Source: a virus
Lineage: Duplodnaviria > Caudoviricetes
Strand: one strand, 5' to 3'
IMG/VR virus record: IMGVR_UViG_3300048926_000317
Coordinates: 23,530-87,529 of that record
Length of the DNA: 64,000 bases
Below are positions 32,613-42,701 of the stretch, in pieces. The stretch's first letter is position 1, and every line of letters begins with the position of its first letter. Both the position numbers and the translations under genes were made by a program. The notes below the pieces were generated by a model that ran no database searches, was not told the DNA's origin, and was given only the letters and a program-made list of their open reading frames with translations.

Positions 32613-32999
32613 ATGAAACCTAGCCAACAAAAAATGCTTTCTGAAGCCTTTATTCCAAATTCAGTAGCATATAGAAAATCCAACTTAGAAAAAGCAGAAG
32701 AAATGCTTATTATAGCAAAGGCTATTCCTAGAAAAGTTCGTAGAGCCAAACCTAATGAATGTGAATTTTGGAGAGAATTACAAAGAGTAAAGAATTCAGA
32801 GCCTCCAAAACTAAAACTTAGAGAAGATGGTTTAGTAAGCGCAAAAGACGCTAAAACATTCTTTGGAATATCAATGTTTACAATCCAGGAACAACGAAAG
32901 AAAGGGACCCTCCCATTCAAAAAAGAGAAAGCCAAATATTATTACGATCCAGAAGACCTTAAAAAGATTGAGGTTAGAAAATATAGAAAAACAGAATAG
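32613..32999 (+). CDS. protein with a C-terminal excisionase/MerR-like HTH
   Basis: LVSAKDAKTFFGISMFTIQEQRKKGTLPF.KE.AKYYYDPEDL. Confidence 0.7.
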   Translation: MKPSQQKMLSEAFIPNSVAYRKSNLEKAEEMLIIAKAIPRKVRRAKPNECEFWRELQRVKNSEPPKLKLREDGLVSAKDAKTFFGISMFTIQEQRKKGTLPFKKEKAKYYYDPEDLKKIEVRKYRKTE

Positions 33000-33002
33000 A
33001 AA

Positions 33003-33176
33003 ATGATCACATTACACGAATTAGATGGCAGAGAAATAGAAATATTCGCAGCCGACATAAAACGATATAGAGGTTCGGGTTATGGAACTTGGATAGAAAT
33101 GAATTCCGGAACAGACTTTTATGTTACAGAAGATTTTGATTCCGTAGATGAAATGGTTGAAAATTTAAAGTTATAA
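33003..33176 (+). CDS. 57-aa protein resembling the FlbD/SwrD-like family
   Basis: MITLHELDGREIEIFAADI...GTWIEMNSG...VTEDFDSV; below the ORF-track size cutoff. Confidence 0.4.
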   Translation: MITLHELDGREIEIFAADIKRYRGSGYGTWIEMNSGTDFYVTEDFDSVDEMVENLKL

Positions 33177-33178
33177 TT

Positions 33179-33992
33179 ATGAAAATATTATCTCAAAAAG
33201 AAATTGAAAAGCATTTTGAAAAATGTGATTTTGATGATGACTGTGATTTTTGCGATAGTCCAGAACATGGAACGTATGTAAAGATAGATTATATCCCAGA
33301 AGATGTTGCCGAAACTGATTTTTACATCTGTGGTAAATGTGCTTCTACAAGATTAGAGAATTATGAGCAAGAAGAAAAAGAAAATTGGGAGCAGATGGGT
33401 AAAATGGCTGAATGGTGGGCAAAAGAACAAGAAAATAAATAATACAATGGAAAAAAAATATAAAGAAATAGAATTTGGACTTGGAAATATAGAGTCTGCA
33501 ATCAAAGTATTACAAAAATACAAGGATAAAAATGAATCAGTTTTTGGAATATTTAATGGACAAAAATTATTCTCAGATATAGATGATATTAATTCTGCAT
33601 ATCTTAAAATAACAGGTAAAACAAAAATTGAATTTGACAAAGAAGCAAAAGCCAGTAACGAAAAATATTTAGAAGAAAAAAGAATTCATGAAGAAACTAT
33701 TCCAGAGCAAACTAAAGAATGGATTGAAAAAGGGAAATCTATCCTAGATGAAAAATATAGGGATAAATGGGATGAAATAGTTCCAATTAGACTAAAAGAT
33801 TTATACCGTGGTTTAGAACTAGGTATGTGCCTTGATATTATTAAAGAATTAAATTCTGGTTGCAATTTAGGGAAAGCTAAAGAAATAATCGAAGAACAGG
33901 GACATTCGGGAATGTCTTTTAGTTTAGTTTGCTCAATGATAAAATTATTTAGTGATAGAGGCGATGATTTCGTTTCTTATATAAATAAGTAA
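33179..33992 (+). other. Zn-finger ORF 33179-33442 and hypothetical ORF 33446-33992
   Basis: CDFC...CGKC in the first; the second probably starts at MEKKYK (33446). Confidence 0.7.
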
Positions 33993-34010
33993 AAATAATC
34001 CACAAAAAAC

Positions 34011-34041
34011 TTGCGAGTTAAATATATTATATATACTTTAG
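34011..34041 (+). promoter_or_regulatory. variant promoter before the recombination genes
   Basis: TTGCGAG, then TACTTTAG 20 bp after the TTG. Confidence 0.55.
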
Positions 34042-34045
34042 CCGT

Positions 34046-34195
34046 ATGGAAAGAAAGAGATTAATAATAGACATGCCACCTGAAGCTTTAAAAACTTTAG
34101 CTAAGGAAGGAATAAACCAAGGAAAGAGCCGTAAAGCTTATATCGAGACAGTTTTGGAAGACAAATCAAAAGAAATTGCTAAAAAACAAAAGTAA
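34046..34195 (+). CDS. 49-aa ribbon-helix-helix-like protein
   Basis: MERKRLIIDMPPEALKTLAKEGINQGKSRKAYIETVL: beta strand, Pro, helix, G.S, helix. Confidence 0.6.
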   Translation: MERKRLIIDMPPEALKTLAKEGINQGKSRKAYIETVLEDKSKEIAKKQK

Positions 34196-34753
34196 TATGA
34201 AAACATTAACAACATTTATATTGGGATTGATTTTAGCATTTTCAGGATTATTTTTAATGGTTTGCGCTAAAGATAATAATTATGACTCTTGGTGGGATTA
34301 TGCTTATACAATTATTGGATTTGCATTATTTTATACAGCATATAATAAAATACAAAAATCAACAAATTAAATATTATGTACCAATATAACATCACTTGGA
34401 ACGACAAAGTTAACCCTAATACATTTAATAAATCTTGTCATATTAAAGCAGACGATATCTCCGAACTTTATAAAAAATTCAACAAGATTCATCCTAATGG
34501 ATTTATCTGGGGGTTAGTAGTAATAGATAACTAATATGGCTTATTATTTGACGACAATATCAATTTCATTAAAAGCTAAATCTGACAAAGAAGTAGCAGA
34601 TAAAATTGATAAAATATTAAACCAAATTAGAGAAAACAAAGATATTAATCCGTATGTCGACAGCTGTAAAAAAGTAGTTATAACGGATAATAAGCGAAGA
34701 TTTGAATCGATTGATAATTCAGAGATTAAAAAATTAAATACTAAAAAGTAAAA

Positions 34754-35614
34754 ATGGCAAAGCAAGAAATACAAAATATAAATACGCAAATTGAAAAGCC
34801 AAAAACTCTTGCATCGTTATTGCAAAGTGAAATGGTTAAAAAGAGATTAGAAGATATTCTGGGAAAAAGGTCTTCTACATTCGCTACATCGGTAATTCAA
34901 ATTGCCAACAGTAATGACTTACTAAAGAAAGCCGACCCGCAATCAATCCTAAACTCGGCATTATTAGCTACTACTTTAGAGTTACCTTTAAATAATTCAC
35001 TTGGATTTGCCTACATTGTACCATTCAACAATAAACAAAAAGACGGTTCATTCAAGGTGGAGGCACAATTCCAGCTCGGAGCTAAGGGCTTGCAACAGTT
35101 AGCGGTACGAAGTGGGCAGTATAAAGATTTGTATGCAAAGGCGGTTTATGAAGGTCAGGTAGTTGAAGATGATTCATTTTTAGGATACCACTTCGAATGG
35201 AAAAATAAAACTTCTGATATAGTTATTGGTTACGCCTCCTATTTCAAGCTTACATCTGGATTTGAAAGTATTTTCTATATGTCAGTTCAAGAAATCACTG
35301 ATCACGCTAAGAAATATTCTCAGACTTTTAAAAGATATGGATCAGGACTTTGGAAAGATGACTTTGAAAAAATGGCAAAGAAAACTGTTTTAAAGTTATT
35401 GCTTAATTCAGGAAAAGCTCCTTTATCAGTTGAAATGCAAAATGCAGTAACCGCAGACCAGGCAGTTATTAAAGAATATAACGACGACAACACAATCGAT
35501 GTCGATTATGTAGATGGGACAGATATTGAACCTACCGGAGATGAAAAGAAAGAAGATCTCAAAGAGATTATTGTAGAAGGCAAAATAGAAAACCCAATTA
35601 AAGACATGCCGTAA
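34754..35614 (+). CDS. recT: RecT-family single-strand annealing protein
   Basis: LKKADPQSILNSAL.A..LELPLNNSLGFAYIVPF...AQFQLG.KG..QLA.RSGQY...W..DFE.MAKKTVLK. Confidence 0.92.
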   Translation: MAKQEIQNINTQIEKPKTLASLLQSEMVKKRLEDILGKRSSTFATSVIQIANSNDLLKKADPQSILNSALLATTLELPLNNSLGFAYIVPFNNKQKDGSFKVEAQFQLGAKGLQQLAVRSGQYKDLYAKAVYEGQVVEDDSFLGYHFEWKNKTSDIVIGYASYFKLTSGFESIFYMSVQEITDHAKKYSQTFKRYGSGLWKDDFEKMAKKTVLKLLLNSGKAPLSVEMQNAVTADQAVIKEYNDDNTIDVDYVDGTDIEPTGDEKKEDLKEIIVEGKIENPIKDMP

Positions 35615-35632
35615 CTTAAAAATAATAATATT

Positions 35633-35836
35633 ATGCTATACGAAGTAAATCAAGCTAAAAGCTTTTTAATTGAAAAATTTGGATCAATTGAAAATGTAAA
35701 ACCGGGGATATATGCTATTCCAACATCAACATCTAAAGGCGATGCTTTCATGAGAGTGGTTATTAATGAAGAAATGGGAATGAGCGGATTTGATCTTTGG
35801 CTAAATGAAGAATTAACGGAAACGTGGTATGTCTGA
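35633..35836 (+). CDS. hypothetical protein between recT and the nuclease-FtsK gene
   Basis: 67-aa ORF whose stop overlaps the next start. Confidence 0.6.
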   Translation: MLYEVNQAKSFLIEKFGSIENVKPGIYAIPTSTSKGDAFMRVVINEEMGMSGFDLWLNEELTETWYV

Positions 35837-37817
35837 ATACAAATCATACACGCCCGAACAGCTTCAAGAATTAGATTCACTATTCCTTATTTCAACACTT
35901 AGCTATTCTAAGGTTTCACAATGGACACGCAACCAGAAAGCCTTTGAAATGCTATACGTCTACGGTTATAGACAGAAAAACTCTTCTACAACCGTAGCTG
36001 GCCAAGCCTATCACTATGCTTTAGAAATGTATTTTAAAAACAAAAAAGAAGGGATAGAACTGTCAATTGTTGATTTGGAAACTTTAGCTTTTAATTACAT
36101 TGATGAGCAGCCGGCAAGTGAATGGAAAATACAAAAGACTACACCCACAATCGAGGAATGCAAGTTAAAAGCTAATGATGTAACAGTAAAACTTATTGGG
36201 AACTTTTTTAGAGAAATTGGTGTTTACCTAAATGAAATTGAAGAGATTTTAGAAGTTGAATTATTTTTTAGTGAATTTCTAACAATTAATGGTGTAGATA
36301 TTCCAATTAGATTTAATGGAAAAATTGACTTAATTGCTAGAACAAAAGACGGAAAAATAGTTGGCATAGATCACAAATCAAAAGCCACATACACCGATGA
36401 AAAAGAATTAGTATTAACTTCTGGAAAACAAAGTTGTGTTTATGTTAAAGCTTATGAATCAATGAAAGGAATTCTGTTAGATGAATTTTGGTTTGCAGAA
36501 AATAAACATTCAGCCAACAAAGATAAATCTTCACAGATACAGATTTCAAAAATAGAAATTACTAAAGATGTTTTAAAACTATACGAAGCATATCTATATA
36601 CACCATTAAAATCTTTATTAATTGCAGTTTCTTCACCCGATTACGACTACCTAATCAATGATGCCGACAACTTTGTAGACATAGCTGAAATTTATGCTTT
36701 TGACGCCAAGACGAGGCTCGGAGAGATTGATTCAGACTTTAATATCGAAGATACAAAGCTTGATCTAATCGAAAAGAGAACCAAGAAAATTAAAGACGCA
36801 TCTGCCACAGCAATAAACCCTACAGTAATTAAAACATTCATTAAAAACGCATCAAAATTTATTCAATACGACATGAGCGACAAAACCCAAGAACAGAAAA
36901 TAGAACACGTACTAAGATCTTTCGGAATGCAAGTTTCCGTGGCAAAAATTTTTGATGGATTTAGTTCAGACACTTATCTATTAGAAATTGGTGCAGGAGT
37001 AAAAGTTGGAGCTGTACAGAAGTTTAAGCTTGATATTGCAAACCAATTAAATGTTGCCAATGTAAGAATTCCTACAGATTTAACAGTATATGAAGGCAAG
37101 TCTTATTTACAGATTGAAATATCAAAGAAAAGAGAAAGAGATTTAATATGGGATATTTCTGAATTAAAAGGAATGAAGATTCCTTTAGGGAAAGATAATA
37201 TGGGGAATATTATTTATTGGGATTTTAACTCTAATTCTGCAGTTCATCAATTAGTATGCGCAAGTACAGGAGCGGGCAAATCGGTTTACTTAAAAAGTAT
37301 TTTACATTACGCTTTAGAGGCAGGTGTAAAAGAAATACATTTGGCAGATCCCAAATTTGAATTTGAATACATGAAGCAGTACGGAGTAAATGTTTATAAT
37401 GAAATTGAAGACATTGAGGAAGCTATGCGAATGCTAGTTGAAAAAATGGATAATAAAGTAAGAAATAAAGATACTTCAAAAGTACTAATTGCATTTGATG
37501 AATTTGCGGACGCATTGGCCGCTGCAGGTAAAAAAAGCGATTTAGATCATAACTTGAAAAGGATACTACAAAAAGGACGATCTTCTGGATTTAGAGTGAT
37601 AGCAGCAACCCAAAGAGCATCCGTAAAAGTTATCGATGGCGACGCAAAAGTAAATTTTTCAATACTTTGTTGTCTACGAGTGCCAAAAGCTATTGACAGT
37701 AAGGTGGTGCTAGGAGAAGAGGGAGCGGAGCTTCTTTCTGGTTCAGGAGATTGTTTAATTTCTTCACCTGACTATTTAGGATTACAAAGATTCCAAGCAT
37801 TTTATAAACCAGATTAA
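35829..37817 (+). CDS. PD-(D/E)XK nuclease fused to an FtsK/SpoIIIE motor domain
   Basis: N-terminal LSYS...G.AYH.ALE...E...GKIDL...IDHKS; C-terminal FtsK alpha-like segment, Walker A ASTGAGKS, Walker B IAFDEF, GRSSG and ATQR. Confidence 0.88.
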   Translation: MSEYKSYTPEQLQELDSLFLISTLSYSKVSQWTRNQKAFEMLYVYGYRQKNSSTTVAGQAYHYALEMYFKNKKEGIELSIVDLETLAFNYIDEQPASEWKIQKTTPTIEECKLKANDVTVKLIGNFFREIGVYLNEIEEILEVELFFSEFLTINGVDIPIRFNGKIDLIARTKDGKIVGIDHKSKATYTDEKELVLTSGKQSCVYVKAYESMKGILLDEFWFAENKHSANKDKSSQIQISKIEITKDVLKLYEAYLYTPLKSLLIAVSSPDYDYLINDADNFVDIAEIYAFDAKTRLGEIDSDFNIEDTKLDLIEKRTKKIKDASATAINPTVIKTFIKNASKFIQYDMSDKTQEQKIEHVLRSFGMQVSVAKIFDGFSSDTYLLEIGAGVKVGAVQKFKLDIANQLNVANVRIPTDLTVYEGKSYLQIEISKKRERDLIWDISELKGMKIPLGKDNMGNIIYWDFNSNSAVHQLVCASTGAGKSVYLKSILHYALEAGVKEIHLADPKFEFEYMKQYGVNVYNEIEDIEEAMRMLVEKMDNKVRNKDTSKVLIAFDEFADALAAAGKKSDLDHNLKRILQKGRSSGFRVIAATQRASVKVIDGDAKVNFSILCCLRVPKAIDSKVVLGEEGAELLSGSGDCLISSPDYLGLQRFQAFYKPD

Positions 37818-37825
37818 AAATAATT

Positions 37826-38372
37826 ATGAGACGATCAGGAAAAACAACAAGAATAATAGATAATGCAGTACAACAACTGTTTGAAGGGAAAACATTATTA
37901 TTTGCAAAAAAATATTATTTAAATAAGGTTGATTATTATAGACAAGTTAAATTGTTTTTTAATACTGACTATACTTTTATAGTTGATGATGATCCACGTT
38001 TTAATGACGTATCGCAAAGGAAATTGTTTGATAAATTTTTAAATAGAATTAAAAGTGAACATTTTCTAAAATTAATAAATATTAAAACTACGGAAGATGA
38101 AAAAGGATGGATAGTAAATCTTGAAAATTTTGAAAGAATAATATAATAATATGGACTACCAAGGAAAACTATACGGCAAAGTCGGAAATACATACTTCGA
38201 GACAGGAAGAGATTCTAATGATTGGGACAAATTAGAATCTGACAACAGAGAAATGAGACAGATTTTAAAAGACATTACCCAGGAATTTCAGGCTATGAAG
38301 ATTTTAAATGGCCTGAGAAAAGCTGCAGTAATTGAAAAAGCAGATCAATTTTTAAAAAGGACTGAACGATGA
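37826..38372 (+). other. two hypothetical ORFs (37826-38146 with an N-terminal RRSGKTT; 38151-38372)
   Basis: ORF track. Confidence 0.65.
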
Positions 38373-39070
38373 AAAAAATACTTGTAGCGTGTGAAGAAAG
38401 CCAGGCTGTAACTATAGAATTTAGAAAATTAGGGTTTGAGGCTTATTCATGTGATCTATTGCCGTGCTCAGGCGGGCATCCTGAATGGCATATTCAATCA
38501 GATGTTTTGAATGTTATAAAAATAATGCCGGGTAGTTATGTTTTGACTAATAGCAATAATAAAGTTTATGGAGATTGGGATTTAATGATTGGACATCCTG
38601 AATGTACAAGATTGACAGTTACAGCAAATAAATGGTATAAGCCTGAATATGCGGATCGTTTCCCGACAATCCATGAAGACAGGGAAAAAGCGATTGATTT
38701 TTTCATGAAATTAATTAATGCTGATATTCCACACATTGCAATAGAAAATCCAATTGGAATAATGAGTACCCGTTACAGAAAGCCCGATCAAATTATACAA
38801 CCTTATCATTTTGGTGATACCGAACGCAAATCAACTTGTTTATGGCTCAAAAATTTACCAAAATTAATACATACGAATGTGGTAGAGCCTGAAATAATTT
38901 ATCATAAATCGGGAAGGACTGACGGTAAATTACACTTTGAAACAATGAAGCTTCCAAAAGAAGAAAGAAGAAAAGCGAGAAGCGTAACATTTCCTGGAAT
39001 TGCAAGAGCAATGGCTGAACAATGGGGAAAATATATTTTAAAAGGGAAAATATCAAAAACATTATTCTAA
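38369..39070 (+). CDS. phage C5-cytosine methyltransferase-like protein
   Basis: ILVACEES...AYSCD...GHPEWHIQ.D...MIGHPECT...IENP...QPY.FG. Confidence 0.75.
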   Translation: MKKILVACEESQAVTIEFRKLGFEAYSCDLLPCSGGHPEWHIQSDVLNVIKIMPGSYVLTNSNNKVYGDWDLMIGHPECTRLTVTANKWYKPEYADRFPTIHEDREKAIDFFMKLINADIPHIAIENPIGIMSTRYRKPDQIIQPYHFGDTERKSTCLWLKNLPKLIHTNVVEPEIIYHKSGRTDGKLHFETMKLPKEERRKARSVTFPGIARAMAEQWGKYILKGKISKTLF

Positions 39071-39291
39071 AAATGAAAATAAAAGACCTTAAACTACAAG
39101 ATAAAGTTGAAATAAACGGCAGGCTTCATGAGTATCGCGGGATAAACAAAATCCGGATAAAAGGTATTGGCTTAGTGGAGAAAGTAGTATTTTCAAACTC
39201 AGAGATAGGTGATAAACAATTTGATTTAAAAGTATTGAATGCTGAAATAAAAGAAAAATATGGACAATTAATTTATAAACCATAAAATAAA

Positions 39292-39322
39292 TTTGGTTAA
39301 TCAAAAAATAATAGTACTTTTG
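39292..39322 (+). promoter_or_regulatory. promoter of the replication module
   Basis: TTTG, 19 bp, then TACTTTTG. Confidence 0.7.
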
Positions 39323-39377
39323 TAAAAGCGGAATAAAAACCGCTTTACTTTTCTTTAAAAATTTGAAATGAATTAAA

Positions 39378-39518
39378 ATGAAAAAAAAAGAAACATATAT
39401 GACTGTTAAAGATTATGCTAGTAAATTTGGCATAACAGTACAGACAGTCTATAACAAAATTAAAAATAAAGAACTTGAAACAAAGAAAATTTTGCATACT
39501 ACGTTAGTTAAGGTATAA
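39378..39518 (+). CDS. 46-aa HTH (excisionase/Cro-like) protein
   Basis: YMTVKDYASKFGITVQTVYNKIKNKEL; below the ORF-track size cutoff. Confidence 0.75.
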   Translation: MKKKETYMTVKDYASKFGITVQTVYNKIKNKELETKKILHTTLVKV

Positions 39519-39559
39519 TTTTTTTTGGCTCTAAACTTTGTAAAACATTTAAAATAGAC

Positions 39560-40375
39560 ATGAGTAAAGTAAAGCCATTTTTTAAAATAACTTTTGAAGA
39601 TATGGAACTAGCAGAAGAATTTTTTGGAAATGATAAAAAGTATGCTGAATTTTTATTAGCTGTTTCTTATTATTATAGAGGAATAAATTATCAAATAAAA
39701 ACAAAAATAGTTGAGAAATATTTCAATACTTATAAAAAGACGATGGACTTTATTATAAAAAGCAAAAATACTGGTTCGGAAGGAGGGTTGAAACGCGCTG
39801 AAAATGAGCATATTAAAAACGCAACCCTTCAAGGGGTGGTTCAAGGCTCCCTTCAAGGACTCCTTCAACCAAATAATAAACTATTAAATACTAATAATAA
39901 AGAAGTAAATATAAAAGATAACTATTCTAAAGATTTATTCTTTGAAATTAAAAATTTCAAGATGTACCATTCAGAATTTATGTTGAATAAAAATTACTTG
40001 TTAATAGCATATAAATTTTGGGATCTTTGGAAGAGAGAAAATTCAGAAAATAAAACTGTGAAATCTGCAAAAGTGATTTCTTGGATTGATACGATACGGC
40101 TTATTGTCGAAGTTGATAAACAGAAGATAGAAAGATTAATAGCGATCTATAAATATTTTGAAAAGTGTCAAGAACAAATTATTGGATATGATGATTTTTG
40201 GTTTAAGACAATAAAAAGTGTTGGAGGACTAAGAGACACGAATAAAAAGGGAGTTTATAGATTAGATACTATTATGGAAGTAGTAAATTCTAAAATGGAT
40301 AAAGATGACGCCTTCAATAGACTAGTTTCAGATTCAATTGATAATTTTAAAAAATACAATAATGAATGCAATTAA
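39560..40375 (+). CDS. putative replication initiator (replisome organiser)
   Basis: Follows a small HTH gene and precedes an AAA ATPase; central LQGVVQGSLQGLLQ...NN linker typical of phage initiators. Confidence 0.55.
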   Translation: MSKVKPFFKITFEDMELAEEFFGNDKKYAEFLLAVSYYYRGINYQIKTKIVEKYFNTYKKTMDFIIKSKNTGSEGGLKRAENEHIKNATLQGVVQGSLQGLLQPNNKLLNTNNKEVNIKDNYSKDLFFEIKNFKMYHSEFMLNKNYLLIAYKFWDLWKRENSENKTVKSAKVISWIDTIRLIVEVDKQKIERLIAIYKYFEKCQEQIIGYDDFWFKTIKSVGGLRDTNKKGVYRLDTIMEVVNSKMDKDDAFNRLVSDSIDNFKKYNNECN

Positions 40376-40940
40376 ATATTTACATAATAGATTTGGATAT
40401 GCTATTAAAAATAATGGCAATATTAAAGTAAACCAACAGGACATAGAAGCTATAAATAAATTAGTAGAAATGGATGATAAAATAAATACTGATTTAGAGG
40501 ACTCTCTTTTACTTTTTTATTTATTTTGGATATATGGTATAGAAAATGAAAAAAACAAGGTTAAATTAAAAGAAAAGCCTATTGAAGAAATTAAATTCCC
40601 ATTAGGGTTAACTCCTCCATTAGATGTTTTAAAAAAAATATCTCAATTATTAAGTCCAAAACCGTATATAATAAAAAAAATAACTGATGAATTATTAATT
40701 TATCAAGAATATGAAAGATTACCTAAAAATAAAGATTTATATATTAACGAATTAAATGAGGGCATCGCTAAATTTGGTAAAAATATAAAATTTACTCCAC
40801 AAAAAATGGTTCCAATTGCTGAAGAAGATAAAATAAAATATGAAGATGTAGAAAAATTATTAGAAGATTTATTAAAAACTGCTAAAAATGATTTTCCGAT
40901 GTTAAATGCTTTAAGTAAAGGTGCAAAATGGAAAAATTAA
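40338..40940 (+). CDS. hypothetical protein in the replication module
   Basis: 200-aa ORF overlapping both neighbours. Confidence 0.7.
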   Translation: MIILKNTIMNAIKYLHNRFGYAIKNNGNIKVNQQDIEAINKLVEMDDKINTDLEDSLLLFYLFWIYGIENEKNKVKLKEKPIEEIKFPLGLTPPLDVLKKISQLLSPKPYIIKKITDELLIYQEYERLPKNKDLYINELNEGIAKFGKNIKFTPQKMVPIAEEDKIKYEDVEKLLEDLLKTAKNDFPMLNALSKGAKWKN

Positions 40941-41734
40941 CTTTAAATTCAATAGAACCTACCGATATAATAGAAGAAATTAATTTAGATTCTTTTTTAA
41001 TAAATCCTAATGATGAAATTTCTGAGCCTATTCCTATTTTATCTATAACACAAGAAGGATATGATATACCAATATTTACAGAAGAAAATTTATCTCTAAT
41101 ATTTGGACCAGCTAAAAGTAGAAAGTCAACATTAATAAAATCTATATGTCAAGCTATTTTAAAAGGATCAAATGAAAAAATGAAAAGTACTTATTATAGA
41201 AATAATATTACTATTGTAGATACTGAGCAAGATAGATATAGATGTTGGAAAATGACAAAAGTGCTAAAGTATTTAACGGGTAAAGATATTAATTACTATA
41301 GTATGGTAGGAACTAAAAAAGAAAGCAAAAGACTATTAGTAGAAAAACATCTTTCCGAAAATTCAGATTGTGGAATATTAATTTTAGACAACATTGTACA
41401 CTTTCTAAGAGACTTTAATAGTGTAGATGAATCTGCTGATCTTACTGAGTGGCTTTTATCAATCAAATCAACATTTAATGTACATATTTTAATGATTTTA
41501 CACGAAAACGCATCAGGAGGTTTAGTTAAACCTAGAGGTCACTTAGGGACAAATCTAATGAATCTTTGTGAAACTATTATAAAAATAGAAAAAGATACAA
41601 ATGATAAGACTCAAAGTATAATATCCGCTTTTTTAACTAGAGGAATGCCATTCGATGATTTTACAATTACAATGGATGGGCAAGGAATTCCATATTTGTC
41701 AGATATGAAAGTATATAATAAAAATAAATTATAA
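40928..41734 (+). CDS. RecA/RepA-like AAA ATPase (helicase-like)
   Basis: GPAKSRKS Walker A, IVDTEQ, ILILD, HEN and RGHLGT motifs. Confidence 0.85.
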   Translation: MEKLTLNSIEPTDIIEEINLDSFLINPNDEISEPIPILSITQEGYDIPIFTEENLSLIFGPAKSRKSTLIKSICQAILKGSNEKMKSTYYRNNITIVDTEQDRYRCWKMTKVLKYLTGKDINYYSMVGTKKESKRLLVEKHLSENSDCGILILDNIVHFLRDFNSVDESADLTEWLLSIKSTFNVHILMILHENASGGLVKPRGHLGTNLMNLCETIIKIEKDTNDKTQSIISAFLTRGMPFDDFTITMDGQGIPYLSDMKVYNKNKL

Positions 41735-41740
41735 ATAGCC

Positions 41741-42586
41741 ATGAATAATCTTAATGAAGACTTAATAAAAGCACGAGAAGTTGTAGCCGGATATAAACAA
41801 TTCAATCAAAAAACTGTTGAATGTGTTAAAACATATGACTCTTCAATGAAAATTTGGACCTTTGAAAAGAAATGTATAGATCCAAACGCGGGAGAATTTA
41901 AAAAGAAGTTTATCAAGAGTAATAGAAAAGAAAAGCTTGTTAATACTAAAATTCCAAAAGCCCCTAAACAAAAATCATTAAAACCTAAGAAGCCAAAATC
42001 TATACGCCCTTCAGGATTAAAATATTCACCACGAATAAAACCTGCCGACTTTCAATTTGATCCAAATACGTTAATCTCACAAGCCTATAACTATTACTTA
42101 AATGGTAAAACGAATACTGAAATAGCTATGCTTATGAAAAAACCTAAAAGGGCAATAATTAGTATGCTAAGACAGCGTGACAGGCAGTTAGGAATTAAGA
42201 TAGAGAAGAATGATAGTTATGAAAAAATTGTAGAATTAGTTAAGGCCGGTAAAAAAGTTGGAGAGATTTCTAAGATAATGAAAATGTCTGATCATAATGT
42301 TTCTTATCATATCAAAAACTATAATGATTCCAAAAGTCAAACACAAATAGAAGAAGAATATCAGGAAATATTATCACAGATAAAAAAGAAAGCTAAACTT
42401 AACCAAGTAGACTATTGTTTTTCAACCTGGATAAATCAAGCTAATTGTAAATTAAAATGTAATTTAACAACCCCTATGAGAATTAAAAGATGTCGTGAGT
42501 TAGTAGCACAAAGAAGGCTTATTGAAGATAAAGAAGGAACCACCCTTAGAAAAGGAATAATGTATAGAATACCTAAAAATAAATAG
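41741..42586 (+). CDS. basic protein with tandem HTH motifs; candidate late-gene regulator
   Basis: YLNGKTNTEIAMLM and VKAGKKVGEISKIM..S...VSYHIK; last gene before the convergent late region. Confidence 0.55.
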   Translation: MNNLNEDLIKAREVVAGYKQFNQKTVECVKTYDSSMKIWTFEKKCIDPNAGEFKKKFIKSNRKEKLVNTKIPKAPKQKSLKPKKPKSIRPSGLKYSPRIKPADFQFDPNTLISQAYNYYLNGKTNTEIAMLMKKPKRAIISMLRQRDRQLGIKIEKNDSYEKIVELVKAGKKVGEISKIMKMSDHNVSYHIKNYNDSKSQTQIEEEYQEILSQIKKKAKLNQVDYCFSTWINQANCKLKCNLTTPMRIKRCRELVAQRRLIEDKEGTTLRKGIMYRIPKNK

Positions 42587-42611
42587 TTTTCATATAGTTT
42601 TTTTAGTAGTC

Positions 42612-42641
42612 GCCAGTGTATCAATAGATATGCTGGCTTTT
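42612..42641 (+). terminator. terminator of the rightward region
   Basis: GCCAGTGTATC-AATA-GATATGCTGGC plus TTTT. Confidence 0.8.
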
Positions 42642-42645
42642 AAAT

Positions 42646-42673
42646 AAAAAGCACCGGAATTTAGCCCCGATGC
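42646..42673 (-). terminator. terminator of the late/lysis operon
   Basis: GCATCGG/CCGGTGC stem plus T5 on the minus strand. Confidence 0.7.
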
Positions 42674-42701
42674 CCTTAGATAATCTCATTTCTTTTTTAA
42701 G

